Source: Narcine bancroftii
Taxonomy: Eukaryota
Assembly (NCBI RefSeq): GCF_036971445.1
Contig: NC_091474.1
Coordinates: 193,998,001 to 194,062,000, forward strand
Direction of reading: 5' to 3'
DNA length: 64,000 bases
Below the pieces are notes generated by a model. That model was not told where the DNA came from and did no database searches. It was given only the letters and a program-made list of their open reading frames with translations. Positions 1 through 15,565 of the stretch are shown here, piece by piece (position 1 is the first letter of the stretch; the number at the start of each line of letters is the position of its first letter). The position numbers and the translations under genes are program-made.

Positions 1-1632
1 CAGACTAAGGAGGCCTTGGCCAACACGATGATGCTGGTACACCCACATATGGATGTACCGATGGCCCTCACAGTAGATGCTTCCAACACCGCCATGGGCA
101 CAGTCCTGAAGCAGTTTGTAAATGACTAATGGCAGCCTCTCACCTTCTTCAGTAGACACCTGCAGCCGGCCGAGTTGAAGTACAACACATTTGACAGGGA
201 GTTGCTCTCCCTCTATATGGCCATCCCCCACTTATTACTTCCTGGAAGGGCATCTGCCCATTGTCTACTCCGATCACAAGCCCCTAACTTTCGCCTTCTC
301 GAAGTCCTCAACAACAACAGAGACATTTATCCTACTGAATTCACCACTGCTATCCGATATTTGTTGGGAAAGCACAACATGGTTGCAGATGCACTCTCCA
401 GACTAGCAACCAATGCTCTGTCACAGGGCATAGACCACCATGATCCGGCATGTACACAGATGGATGACCCAGAGACACACAGCTTCAGAATGGCAATCAC
501 GAGCTTGCAGGTCCAGGACCACCCACTGGATGCCGACAGCACAACGTTCTTCTGCGATGTTTCCACTGGCCAGCTCCGCCCTCTCATCCCTGCTCAATGG
601 AGAATGGTTTTTGATATAATCCATGGGTTGTTGCACCCCTCAATCTGCACAATGTGGAACTGGTGTCAGTGAAATTTATTTGGCATGGCCTGCATAAGCA
701 GGTTACAGAATGGGCAAAGACCTGTACAGACTGCCAGACGGTCAAGGTCCAGCGGCACACCAGTTATAAGACTTCAACAATCCTTCCATAGTTTTCAGCA
801 AGTACACATCAACATTGTCAGGATCGTGCTACCTGCTCACATTGGTTGACAAGTACACTCGTTGGCTGGAGACTACAGAGACATCCACAAGTGTTTTCCT
901 CTCTGCCTGGTGCACCAGCAGACATTATGACAGACCAAATTGCCCAATTCACCTCTGCCCTATGGACGAAACTCTCAAAACTCCTGGGTACCCAGCTTCA
1001 TCATATCATTACCTACCACCCACAAGCAAATGGCCTAGACGAGAGGTTCCATCACCACCTCAAGGCAGTGCTGATGGCACGCCTTGAAAGGCCCAACTGG
1101 GTGGACGATCCACCCTGGGTGCTACTGGAGATATGCACGGCGCCCAAGGATGACTTTGGTGCCTCCTCCGCTGAACTGGTCTATGGTGAGACCATTTCAG
1201 TCCCTGGCCAGTTCCTCCCACCTTCAATCAAGCAGGACACTGATACTGCAGCCCTCCTTGAGAAGTTGTAGCACAAGCTGGGTTCACTTGAACTACCCCC
1301 GCCATCACAGCGTGGTCAGCCACCCTACAACTACTGCCCAGACTTGGCCTCTTGTGACTATGTGTTCATGCACAGAGGCCTGCACAGGACTCCCTTACAG
1401 CAGCCTTATGAGGGACGTACAAAGTCCTGCACAGGAACACATCCATATTCGCTCTTGACATTAGAGGCAAAGAGGAGCTTTTCACAACAGACCGATGGAA
1501 ATTGGCCCACTTTGACTTTTCCCAGCCAGTATAGGTCACATCACCAGTACACAGAGGATGGCTGCCGAAGCAACACACCTAACCCGCAATGCATCGCAAG
1601 ACCTTTGGTGCCGGTTCTGGGGGGGAGGGGGT
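1..1632 (+). mobile_element. Gypsy (Ty3) LTR retrotransposon pol relic: RNase H and integrase, frameshifted, cut by the window start
   Basis: ORF fragments KYNTFDRELL, SDHKPL, NMVADALSR (RNase H) and TDQIAQFTS, YHPQANGLDERFH (integrase); polypurine tract at about 1619-1631 just before the LTR. Confidence 0.9.
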
Positions 1633-1924
1633 TGTTGCTTTGCAACATACATAACTGCAGCAGCGAAATGGCCCTGATTGTTACGCATGGGCGGCAGGAC
1701 AGCCGCAGCAAAAATGGCGTCATGGGATGATCTCTTCCAGTCCAGACTGGAAGGGTGCATGCATGCTTGTGTCATCATGATACGAGCACCTGTGTGTAAG
1801 GGCCGGAATGGAGTCGTGCTTAAAGGCTGCGTGCAAGATGCAAATTAAATCAGATAGTTGTGATACCTGAGCACATAGCCTGCTGCTTCAGTCTCGGTGC
1901 TGCGCTCAGTCACAACACGCTACA
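1633..1924 (+). mobile_element. 3' LTR of the Gypsy element
   Basis: Begins TGTTG right after the polypurine tract, ends GCTACA, contains ATTAAA near 1844. Confidence 0.75.
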
Positions 1925-2639
1925 ATATAATAATTTTTGTATTCATCGAAAGAAAAATTTAGGTGCTTCAAGATGAATTAATTTAGAAATTAAATCTACC
2001 AAAAAAAATTCTCTTCTTTCGATACTTGGAGCACCGTTACCTTTTCTGGCCTCCAAACTAACTGAAAATTTTGTTGTTAGACCTATGTTGAGAATCTGGT
2101 TTCAATTTAGGAAACATTTTGGGTACCATACATTTTTATTAATTAGTCCTATTTTAGGTAATTCCTTTCTTTTGGTTCAAGATATCAGTTTCCAATATTG
2201 GTCAAATTTAGGTATCCAATCTTTTTTATATATTTTTACTGACCAAAATCTTGTCTCATTTGAACAATTATCCACCAAATTTACAATACCTAGATATAAT
2301 TTTTTTCATTATTTACAAGTTAGGAGCTTTTTGAATTCTTTAATTTTGAAGCTCAGTGAAGACCTGGAACCTCTTAATGAGAATGATTTATCATTTTCAA
2401 CCTAATTATAAAATTATAAAATTCGAGAGATAGTTCCCTAGATAGAATTTTTAAAAATTATGGGAACAAGATTTTCAAGAGCTAATTTCTGAAACTACGT
2501 GGAATTCTATTTTGAAGCGAGCGCATTCAACTTCACTTTGTGCTAGACACTCATTTTGAGTGTTTGAGGTAGTACACCCGGCCCACTATTCCACAGTTCA
2601 ATTGGCTAAATTATATTCTAATCCCTCTTCTAAATGTGA

Positions 2640-3858
<1,219 letters not shown>

Positions 3859-3878
3859 AAACAAATGTATAACTGAAG

Positions 3879-4342
3879 GACACCACCTTAACGCATTCCA
3901 TTTCTCCTGCCTCAGATCCATCCTAGGCTACTCATGATGCGACAGTCACAAATGTCCATGTCCTGGAGAAGACTGGAAGTACGGACCTCTACTCAATCAT
4001 CCACATTCGCCACCTGCAGTGGGCTGGCCACATTGCCCGTATGGAGGACGGCTGATTGCCCAAATATGTCCTCTATGGTGGGCTTCCAGATGCTCCTCGC
4101 CCTGTTGGCCACCTACATCTTTGCTACAAAGATGTAATCAAGTGCGATCTCCACTCATTCCATGTCAACCATACTGACTGGGAGGGCCTCGCAAAAAATT
4201 GCACTGCATGGCATTCTGCTATTTGCAGTGACACATCACAACATGTCAACAACTACAAAAAGTTCTGTGAGGGCAGAAGAGCTACAAGGTACCGTGTTCA
4301 TCTTTGCTCGTGAAGGGATGGGCCGTGATGACGACGATGATG
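3879..4342 (+). mobile_element. Old RTE-clade LINE 3' fragment with (GAT/GAC)n tail
   Basis: WAGHIARMEDG.LPKYVLYG-like motif; flanking direct repeat AACTGAAG at 3871-3878 and 4343-4350. Confidence 0.75.
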
Positions 4343-5435
4343 AACTGAAGAAGTAACATTGCATCATATGTTCTGGTTATGTCCTTTTTCCAATATTTTG
4401 GAAGGGGTATTTCATACTTTGTCTTTGGTTCTTAACGTTAATTTGACTCCAAATCCTTTTCGCGCTCTCTTTGGAAATAGTGGGCCAACAGGTTTCATAG
4501 TAGCCCTCACCCCAACCTTATATCTAGAAAGGTCATAGATGAGATGAAAAGATGCTGTCCCTCCCACTCACACTCAATTATAGTCTGATGTGATGACTTG
4601 TCAGACCTTGGGAAAAATTAGACGCTCCACTACTGAAATGAATCTTAATTTTGTTTCTTTGCGGGTTTCTTTTCTCAATTATATTCAAAATTTGTAAGAT
4701 TAACTATTTTCTGGTTTATGACCTCATTGATTACTTTATTTCTTTATTATTATCAGTAGTGGTCTGTCCATGTTAAGCCAATTGCCTCTGTATGGTGGGG
4801 TTAGATAAGTAGAATAATAGTTTAATGGTTTTTTCCTACTTTTTAATGTAATAAAGGTTACAATACCATCTGTATTATTCTATAAGATTTATTAATATTC
4901 TATTTTATTCTCATGTACCTATGTAACATTTATAATAATAAAAATATTGAAAGAGAATGAGCTGGAAATATATAATCATTTTGTTTCCTGCTCTTCTTTT
5001 GCTTGAACTATAGAACATCAGTTTGTACTCTGGACTAATGCTTGAATTATCTGGATTTCCAAACAATCTAGAGTGGGATTACTGGAGTTTTACTCTAACT
5101 TCTAGCCTTCCCAGCAACACCCACATCCTCTGAACGAATAACAGTGGCAGGTCTTATGAGCCACCAGACAATAAAAATAAAAGAATAAAATTTTTTTAAA
5201 AATCACATACTCCACTCTCACACTCGACACAAAGTCTTAATTCATATATTTCATATCAAGATTTATCATGGAGCTGTTTAAACATTTGACTATGCATCTG
5301 CAAACAATAGAGTTTTGTGGACTACATGGGTTCCTCTGGACATTTGTGCACACTCAAGCAAATTTGTCTTGGTTCAGGTACTATTTCAACTTTCACTCAA
5401 TTCCAGGTCTCCAGTTCTGCTTAACGTGTGTCAAT

Positions 5436-5672
5436 AGCCCCTTTTATACGAGCTTTAAAGCCAGGTCTTATCCGCCTTTTGAGCGCCATGTAAAAGAATT
5501 GAAATTGGATTGGGGAGTCTAGACTTACCCGTCTTTGATTCACCTAGATAGGTACTATTAGCGGTGGAGCAATGAGCCGGCTTTTTTTTGGTTCTGTGTG
5601 AACAAACAAGCTGCCTTCCTAAGATGGGTCATATCTATGGAAATACTATGGCTTTGCAGTATAAAGAGGGAT
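5436..5672. mobile_element. Probable MITE (non-autonomous DNA transposon)
   Basis: Imperfect terminal inverted repeats GCCCCTTTTATAC ... GTATAAAGAGGGAT. Confidence 0.4.
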
Positions 5673-5892
5673 ACTGATATTATCATTTTCAAAATCTGGC
5701 ATATGAAGGTTTACAAATTCACATTATCAAATTTCCTGAAAATCACCTGAATATCAGAAGCCAAATTATGAAGAAATTGAAATCACAGGCTTGCTGGTCC
5801 ATTCCTATCTCCCTTCAAGATCTCTGCCCACCTACAGCAGACAGATGAAAGTCACCCTTCAGATCTTCTAAATATGTTTCCTTGTCCCCCTT

Positions 5893-6620
5893 ATCAGAAT
5901 GAGAATTTATTGTCATGAACAAATCAAAATTTGGTTTTTTTTAAACGGCAGCATCAGAGAGCAAACATATGCATATCTTATGACATTGATATAAGTAAAA
6001 TTATAACAACAGTGCACAAAATGAAAGGCAGTGTCTTTGATTCATTGATTATTCAGGAATCTGATGGCAGTGGGGAATAAGCTGCCCTTGTGTCATTGAG
6101 TGCTCATCTTTAGGCTCCTGTATCTCCTCCCCCCCCCCCCCCACCTCAATGGTTGCAGAGTGAAGAGGGCATGGCCTGGGTGGTGGGAGTGTTTGAGGAT
6201 AGATGCTGCTTTTTTAAGACACTACCTCATGTAGATGTCCTTGATGGAGTGAAGTCCAGTGCACTGCAGATGTTTGTGAAAGTCTTGGGTAACTGACTAA
6301 ACCTCCTCAGACACCTCACAAAGTATAGCCGCATGGAGGCTCCAGGACAAATTCTCTCAGATGTTGACACCCAGGAATTTGAAGTTCTTGACCCTCTCTA
6401 CTACTGAGCCCTCATTGAGGACTGAGTCGTGTTCCCCGACTTTTTTCTGAAGTCCACAATCATGTCCTTTGTTATGCTGACGTTGAGCAAGGTTGTTGTC
6501 ATTACACCATTCAATGAACTGATCTTTCTCCCTCCTATACGCTTCCTCATTGCCGTTTGTGATTCTGCTGAGAACTATGGTGTCATCGGCATAATTGTAG
6601 ATGGCATTGGAATTATGCCC
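5893..6620 (-). mobile_element. Rex1/Babar LINE 3' fragment
   Basis: ORF 6357-6623: YADDT and VERVKNFKFLGVNI; ATTCT-type tail with AATAAA on the minus strand near 5895-5912. Confidence 0.75.
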
Positions 6621-6879
6621 CATCCTACATTCTCAGTATATCATCAAAGTTCAAGCCTTTGTCTCAGACCCTTCAATGCCCTGGCCTCCCTGCAAACAAA
6701 AAGTACCCATTTAATGCAGACATTTGTCAAATCTCGGTTTTTCTAACAACTCATCAACAGCCACCGTAGAGGACATAAAAAAATTAAAAACAGCCATTAT
6801 AAAGGCTTTATTCATAAAAGCTTCACAAATAATGTTCGGTTTATACAATGTAGATTAGACTAATGTTTAAATAATATAG

Positions 6880-7380
6880 TGTTATGAGCCCAGTGGACCC
6901 ATATCTCCAGATGATAACCTCTTTCTTTCAGGTCACCTCAGAGTTCCTTCTTGTTTCTCTTATTCCAAGAGAAACATTGGATGAACCACAAGGGATTTGA
7001 CCAGGCCGCCTTACAAATGGGCTTTCCATAAGCTTGCCAGCTTGTTCTGTACTAGCCCCAGCTGCTGTCTGCTGGCTGTAACACTGTACAAGTGATTTCT
7101 GTGTTTCTCTGTCTCACAGAAAGAAAAGCCTGTTTGGCTCTCTCTGATTGCAAAACCATATGACCCTCCTAGAACAACACATTCTTTCCAGACAACCTGT
7201 GGATAGAACAAGATTTTTCATAGACAACAATCCATTAGTGAAGTCTCTTCAGCACTCTTCAAAGCTCTTGCCAAAGCCCTGAGGCCCCGATATGTCTAGC
7301 AGTATTTTAAATAAGATCTATTTTAAAGTGTTTAACAAACGTTTCCCAATTTATCTCCCAAAAACATATACTCTATCACA
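6880..7380 (-). mobile_element. Solo LTR relic
   Basis: TGTTAT...ATCACA termini flanked by ATAG / ATCG (4-bp TSD with one mismatch). Confidence 0.55.
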
Positions 7381-8804
7381 ATCGAACCTTTCAACGGAAA
7401 GTTACAGCCATGGATTGTTTAATGAAAATGTACTAGAATTTACATAAAATATTGTGCAGTATTTGGCTATGTTATTACTGAACTTAGAAAGCCATGAATC
7501 TGCAAAGACAGCTTTTAGAAATATAAAAAGGTGTGTTTCAACATGTAAATAATGCAGTGATGCATTAAATTTAATCTGGACAGGTAGACAGCAGCACACA
7601 GAGGAATAAAATAATTGGCAAATGCAGGACCATTGTTGAAAATAGCTATTCAAGTGGCAAAAGGCTTCAACAGATTTGGTGTGCCATATGGTTAACCACA
7701 ATGGGACTGTTGTCATCAACGTCAACGCAGGTTTGAAGGATTAAACTTCAAATCCATTGGCATTTTTTTGTTAGATTCTCACAATGTAATCATGAGTGCC
7801 TGCCTACATGTACATTCACAATTAAAACTGGAAATCCACAGTTGCTGACAACCTTCACCGACAGAACTGAAGGAACTTAATTCTGGAAAGTCATTCCAAA
7901 GTGCAGTCTTAGAAATCCTGTTTTGAAATTCCGACATTTACATTGATGCCAGAAGTTATCACAAAGGAGGTGAGAAAGAATGAGTGATCAGATGGCTGAA
8001 AACTCACAGATCCTTATATAAAATGCCAAAGAAGCTCAGCAATTTGTGTAATTACTTCAACCACGGTGGCTACAGATTTTCATGATTTACTGCTTCCAGA
8101 GAAATGTCCTTTGATATAAATGGTGGTAACAACTTTCCTCTTCCTTGCGTAGGGGAAATGTAACATGCGACTTCCACAGAGTTTTCAAAACCCAGGAATG
8201 AATCAGAAGAAATGACCATCCCAATCCAATGAAGCAATTTTGCTTCCTTTACCCAGATATGGGTCAATCAAAATGACCATTACAATGGTCACAGTGGTTC
8301 AATTATTCCCGACAAGGAGAATCAGCAGACATGTCCATTTCACAGAGTCATTCCACTCTGTGTTTATCAGATGGCTGGCTGATCAAAACGGAAACCTGTT
8401 TCTTTAAGTGACCCAATCACATGACTCTCTCTCACCATCTGTTTTTCCTGAATAAACAGCCACTGTTCTTTACATCTTCCAGAGCATCACTTTATTTATA
8501 GTCAATACTTAACAGTGCCATTCTGTCTCACAAATTGTGAATGGTTGCAGCTTGCACTAATCCTTAAAATGACAGTCACTAAATGAAATGTAAGGTTGTA
8601 ATAGTGCCAATTTGTTTTTTCCCCCCCCATTATGCATTGATCTAAAACTATTGTTCAATGAATCAATGAATCTCTGGCCACAGTGTATTGTCCTCTTTGT
8701 TAAATACTTCAAATATGTTGGATTAAAAAAAAATTCTATTTTGGTTTTATGTAATGTTCCAATCATACTTTGCACTTGATAAATTATTAGCAAAAAACAA
8801 TACC

Positions 8805-8955
8805 TTACAAGTCCTCGATGAAGGGCTCAGGCCCAAAATGTTGGTTATATACCTCTGCTTCCGATGGACACAGTGTGACCTGATGGGTTTCTCCACCACT
8901 TTTGTGTATTGCACTACAAACACAGTGTCTGCAGACTTTCCTGTTTAACTTTTCA
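8805..8955 (+). mobile_element. Penelope-type 3' tail or short repeat fragment
   Basis: GATGAAGGGCTCAGGCCCAAAATGTTG...GTGTCTGCAGACTTT; related sequence at about 39500 (+) and 15570-15700 (-). Confidence 0.6.
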
Positions 8956-10219
8956 CTTCCCTACATTTGCTGAATTACTCACTGCAGTTATTGAGATGGT
9001 CAAATTGAGAGAAAAAAAAATGTTAGTTTTTCCACCCAACAGGAAATTCCATTTGATTATTTCAGATTTCCATTCAATATCTGCAGCATTCTGCTTTGAG
9101 TTCACATAGTGATGGATTTTCCAACCTGTTTAATGATATCATTATTGTTGGGCACCAGTAATTTCTTTGAACTGACAATGAAATCAATTAGCATCTGGTA
9201 TCAGAAAGTCAATGTCACTGATATTGCTGCAGTAAGTAGTGCCACTTCATTGCTGACCACAAAATTCAGGCCTGTCTGGTTTTATTTGCTGAGTTGTGGG
9301 AGATACACTAGGAGTTTTTTATGCCGGGCCTCCATTTTGAGGCCGGCTCGATCCACGGAGAAAATTTTGAATGTACCTTTTTATGGAACAGCCCTAAAAG
9401 GCTGGTCCTGCACCACTTTTATGAAGAGCGGCACTTCATAGCGTCCTCTGTAGCATCTGGAAATGGGGCGAGTGGTGCAGTAGCACTGCCCATCCCATGA
9501 GGTCTTACATATGCACTGAGCAATGGCCATCTTCGTTACCCATAATCTCCCACGCAGCTAGAACGGCTCTGGGAAACAAAAAGCAGTTCCATCTGTGTGG
9601 GGGAATTATGGGTAACAAAGGTGGCCATTGATCATTCTTCTGCCCATGTTGCCAGACACTCAGGTCCCAGAGACTCCAGTATTAGATATCATTGCTGTAT
9701 CTGACACCGAATGAGACTGCAATTGGAGTTTTATCATTGATGCGTTCCATCACAGTCTGCCCATGAACCAGGGAAGTATCTGTGATATCTTTTTGCCCAA
9801 GATCATCCTTTCTTACTAACTAAAGTTTGAAGAGTTGATTAATGATCTTTTTAAATTGCCATGTTGCCATGGATAGAGGCTGGCGTGGTCCAGGGACCAC
9901 AATGTGTAAAATATTCCATGAGCTGGGATGGCAGCAGTTTCCTGATATTCTTGTTTCCTGTCCACACACGCGACTTCTCCCACTGGGACCAGTGCAGGAA
10001 TTAACCCCGTACGTTCACCTGTGAAATGCCACTGTCAACAGCATTTCCACGGGATGCAGTTGACACATTCCAGATGGCTAAAGACTACATATGTGCCAGA
10101 AGCCAATGCATGAAACAGGAGACCTAAGGCAGCCAGCAGACCCCAATAGCCAGCTGCTCACACATGCAGCCCTTTATTGCCTGTTTTCTTTTTGTTATTG
10201 TACAGTGTGCTTCTCAAAG

Positions 10220-10685
10220 CCAGAGAGATAAAGGCTTGGAACAGAGAGAGGTGGGCAAAGAAGAAATGCACATAGACAGAGGGAGATAGTAAGAAAGGCA
10301 GAGAAAGTCCCTACCTAACTCCTTCTTTCCATTTCATATCTCCCGTCCTGATTTGTTCTCATTTCTCCATCTTTGTGCTTCCTTCTTTGGCTCTTGCTGT
10401 GCTCCTTCATTTGTCTGCATTCTCCACACTGGTCTTTCCTTTCCCATTGTCTCAGGCTCACTTTTTCCATCCTTTTCTCTCAACCAGAGAACAGGGTGCA
10501 CAGCAAATGGAAAGTGGGGCAAAGATGGAGGATGGGATAGAGAGAAAGAGGGAGTGGGAGGGGTTGGGAATGGGAGAGGAAGGGAGAAAAGGGAGAGGGA
10601 TGTGGGAAAGAGAGATATGGGAATGGGAGAGGAAAGAGAGAGAGGGTACTAAGAACAGGGAGAGAGGGAAAAAGAGGGAAGGTTG
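10220..10685. repeat. Low-complexity purine/pyrimidine (GA/CT-rich) tracts
   Basis: Alternating GA-rich, CT-rich and GA-rich blocks visible directly. Confidence 0.7.
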
Positions 10686-12879
10686 AAGAATGTGTGTGGA
10701 CAGCATATAGTGCTCAACAAATTTGATACAATATGCCAGTTCATGTCCTGGTTCTTTCTACTTGATTCTACTTTCCCCAGCACCTGCCCCATTCAACCTC
10801 TGCCTCCTCGTCTCATTGCCTGTATCCCCATTCTTCCCCCTTGCACCTCCTCTGTCCGCCTCCTTAATTTGGTTTATCCAGGTTCAATATTTAATTCATC
10901 AATTTTGCCTTGCACGTTATTTTTTTCACTTGGCAAGTCTTGAACATTATGTTCAGATGTGAATGTGAGCATGGAAGGTTGGTGATATCAGATGGCTATT
11001 GGCCTCTAAACTGGGTGGAGGATATTGGGAAATATATGCAGTATTCAATTGGTATGTAGCAGTTCCAACGAAACACGATTGCAGTGGGCACATGTTCAAC
11101 TGGGTCCTGGTCGCAGACTGATGTCCTCATTGCAAGTCATCAGCCCACCCCTAGCCAGCTGCTTGCAAAGGCAGTACATTTATGAAGCGAGGTGGAGAGC
11201 TCTACTCCGTCGCTGGGACTACCCTGCAAGGTTCAGAGTCTGCGTCTTTGAGCCGCTCGCGGGTAGGGTCAGTGCTGTGTAGGTGGAGAATCTTCATCTT
11301 TACAGTCGCTTTTGTTTTACTGCATAAAAGGGCCTACTTTTTAAACTCAAAATACATTTCAGAAAAGAGGCACAAGACACATGCCCAGATCAACAAATTG
11401 AAAAAGAACAGTAAACAAGAGAATCTTCACACCAGGAAGGGTAACTGCAAGGTTAAAAATAACATGACAATGGCAGGAATCAATCATCAATATACAGAAT
11501 GATCAACAATCAATTCACAGAATGAGACATTTCTAGTGGAGTAACAAAGCCAAGACAACCTTCAAACACTTTACAAACAAACTAACTGGATGGAAAGTTC
11601 CAGTCTCTCTGTGTCTCTCTATGCGTTTTAAGACCAATTCAAAAAAGAGACAAAACATGCAGAATACCACTTTTTATTTAAAATTGCAGAAACAAACAAT
11701 TCATCAAAAATGATGACATCACATGCAGTTTAGTTGCTTTGTTCGTAACTTCTGAATGAATTATTCAAGTAAACTACAAGAGTCGAGCAGCGCTGATACA
11801 ATATATTTCAGTTCAAAGAATAAATTGCCAGACCTGCATTTTTCAGCATTATTCACAATAAAAGCTGGAAATTATCTCAATAAACAAACTAGAGATAATT
11901 CTGAAAACTGAAGTGCCCACACATCAAAATATATCTTTTCAAAACAATTCTGCAGTAAAAAGTTTTTTTTGCACATTCAACTGCAAATGAACAATTACAA
12001 TAACATTTTGTTGTTTTTATGAGTTCCATTGTGACCAGATTATTTATATTTGGGCTATAACATTTATGAATGGAAAAAATAAATTGCAAATGATACAGAA
12101 CATTTGAAACTGTCACTCCCTCATAAACCTGCAATAAAAACATAAAATAGTTGTACTTCCAAAGAAAGCTTTAAAGTGCACAATATAGCCCCTGCATGTA
12201 AAGTAACTTGGATGTTGTGACCAAATTGTTCTTGCATCCAAAATAGGATTTTTTCATCATGTTACCTATTTTTAAATTAAATTGTTAAAAAACCTGCAAT
12301 TAACATGTACACAATAAAATCAAGGAGTGACAAAAGTCACATGTATTGCGTTCTCAAAGAAAATCTATTTTAATATGGAACAACCTCATTACTATAGTTT
12401 ATACAAATTACCACTGTAGTTGGTACATTTTCTTCATTAAGATTTGTGAGCGAAGAGCATGGTCAGGCACACGTTTTTTTTATTTAATTTCTTATTTTTT
12501 ATTTATTTATTATTTATTTAAGCTCATTTAATGTCAGATGAGTGAGACTGTTGACTCGTCAGCTTAAACTCACTGGGCAAAACAAAGTGCTCCAGAAACA
12601 CAACAATAGTAAGAATGGCACAATTCTAACTCAAAGAATTAAAGAACATTAAGCATTTGTATTGTTGAAGGAGTGTCCAATTGGTTTCTGACTCCCTGGT
12701 CACAGGAGATAGAGCTGATTAGAACTGGAAACAGATATTGGTTAGTTCTGGCTAAGAATACACGAAGACAAGGTAGAGACACACAAGGAAGAGATATTGC
12801 TGCCAAGTTGACACCAAAGATGATGACACTCACTTGTATTTATTCATGAATTCTGAGAGACAGAATTCCAGTTAAATAC

Positions 12880-14010
12880 CTAGATCTGATATTTATCTAG
12901 CTCGGTGACCAAAACTGCACAGAATATTCTGTATAGCCTCACAAACATCTTGCTTAACTTCACAGCACTTCTATCTATTGCCTCGACTAATGAAAGCAAG
13001 CATCCTAAAGGCTTTCTTCATTTTCTGTCTCTGGTGCCACTTTTAAAGAGCTATGTAGCTGCAACCCTCTGCTCCATCTCACTCTTTAGGGAACTGCTGT
13101 TAACAGAGTTAGCCCTGTCGTGATTTGATATACCACTCACTTCTGCCATTTCTTTTCTCAGCTCTCCATCTGCTCTAGATCCTATTGTAAACCCAGGTAA
13201 CCTTCTTTAATGTCGACCGTAGCATGTATTTACTAACTCACCTTGCCACAAACATCTTTGACCAAATTATTTTTCCAATATTACCAAAAAGCAAGGTCTT
13301 AGTACCAAATCCTAAGGCATTCCACGGTCACAGACCTACAGTCTGAAAAACTGCCCTCTAAGATTACTTCCTATGTCTATCACTCAAGACAATTTTTTAT
13401 CCAATTGGCTAACTGGCCTTTTCTATATGGTCTCACCCTCCATACTAACCTATCATGTGGAACCTTATCAAATGCTTCACTAAAATCCATATCAATAACA
13501 TCAAATGCCCTATCCTTGTTTATCCACTGTCACCTTCTCAAAATATTCTATCAAGTTCCTGGGACACTATTTCGCACACATAAATCTAGGCTGGGACTCC
13601 TTAATTTTCCCTTGGCTATCCAAATGTTGATAGATTCTACCTCTCAGAATCCTCTCCAGCAGTTTCCCTACACTGATGTCAAATTAGCAATCTGTAGTTA
13701 GCAGGATTAATCTTACAGCTCTTTTTAAATAATGGCACATTTGCCATCCTTCTGAACTCCTCTTGTCCTTAGCGATGAATTAAAAATTTGTCATCAATCC
13801 CAATAATTGTCTTTCTGCCTTCCCACAATGTTCTAGGATGCACCTAATCTGGACCTGAAGGTTCATTCACCTTGATACAATCTCTTCATTTCTGCCCCAG
13901 ACTATCTTTAATTACCTCCTTCTCTTCCTTATCCTATTGCACAGTAAACACATTCACAAAATATTGGTTTTTGCTCTGCACATAGACTCCCACCCTTAAG
14001 GGGACCTATT
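12880..14010 (-). mobile_element. Highly degraded CR1 LINE RT fragment
   Basis: Reverse complement resembles the CR1 copies at 19020-20485 and 60540-63970 (VQFWSP, FDKVPH regions). Confidence 0.65.
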
Positions 14011-15249
14011 CTTTCCCTTGTAATGTTCAAAAGACATTTAGATAAGTGCATGAATCGAAAATGTTTAGAGGGAGACAAAGTGAATACAGGCATAGAGGAC
14101 CAGTTTGGTTGGCATGGATATGCTGGGTAGAAAGGCCTCTTTCAATGCTGTAAAACTGCATGATTCAGGGTGTTGCTGTGATTTGCTGAGTTGATGCAGT
14201 GACCCTGAATGACAAAACAAAAAAATTTCCAAAACTGATCCTGTTTCAATCAAGATATCATAATTTAAAACATTTATTATCAGGTCATTGAAGAATAAAA
14301 AAAGACTTGATATAACCAAGGTATTTGACTGTGGATTTTTGTTCCATGGCTGTAGATAGACATTTTATTAACCTCATCACCTACTTATATTTTAACTAAG
14401 ATTGAAAGTGATAAAGGAAAGTTGGTCCAATGCTAATAAGAGGAGTAAGAACAAGGTGATTCACTTTCTCCAATTTTATTCAATAATCACAGACATTTTG
14501 TTCCATTCATTAGATAGGTTAGGTGTGTGGTTTCTACCTGGATAGTGATGGTATAAATTGTAAAGCCATAGCTTTTGAATAATTGAATTTTGAAATATTT
14601 CAGGAGGCTTGGTGATATTGATGATGACTTAGATGTCAGCTGGAGAGGGCTTGATTGGAATAATTGAAAATGGAGGGAAGTTGAGACCTGGAACATGCTG
14701 CCGCATGAGGGAGTAAAGCATTTTAAAATAAAATCAGGTTGACAGAATGGGCAAAGGATTTTACTCCTTTTAAACAAAGAGTTCTATCTTCATTATTTAT
14801 TGATATCTTGCTTTAACAATCAAATACTCATCCCATAAAAAGTAATCAAGCCCTAGTCAGACCAGACATTGACAAGGCAGGATGGTGCTGCTGGTTGGTC
14901 TATGAAATACTGGGATACATCTCTTAAACAATATTAGCCTCTTTAAAAAAAAATCCCAGGATCAGGAGACATAACAAAGTGCTCAAACATTAATCTGATG
15001 AGGACTCTCAACCAGGATGGATGTTTTTTGATGAAGATTGGTGCTGACAAGTATTGGATTCCTGACAAATTTCTAGCAAGGATAGGTTCATAGTTTAATT
15101 GTTAATCAAAATATTTGCATCGGTGGGGGGGGTTAGCAGGAATAGTGTAGAGTGCACCCAGTGAGTTTCTTAAGATTTATTACTAGTGCAAGAGGGACGC
15201 GATTCCAGATGATGGCAATTAATTTCTGGGGTTCAAACTCATGACCAAC

Positions 15250-15560
15250 TAACAGATATGGGACTGTTTCACCCTCTGCAACTGGGTCCTCAACTTCCTC
15301 ATCAGCAGATCCCAATCAATTCGAATCAACACCTTTTCCTCCACGTTGACCTTCAACCCAGTGGCACCCCAAGACTGCACAGTTAGTCTCATGGTTTATT
15401 GTCAGGACATTCATGAACGTGGAGTGAAATGTTTCTCCAACACAATCTATAAATGCACTGATGATCATTGTTGGCTGAATAACAGAAAATTATGAGTCAG
15501 GAATAGGAGATCAACAAGAACTTGGTTGGGTACTGCTAGAACAATAACCTTGCCATCAAG
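15250..15560 (+). mobile_element. Degraded Rex1/Babar RT fragment
   Basis: LCNWVLNFL and APQDC motifs in the DNA. Confidence 0.55.
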
Positions 15561-15565
15561 AGTTA

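Noticed and set aside
10334-10962. Overlapping short ORFs in the GA/CT-rich region
   Set aside because: They are low-complexity artefacts with no recognisable domain.
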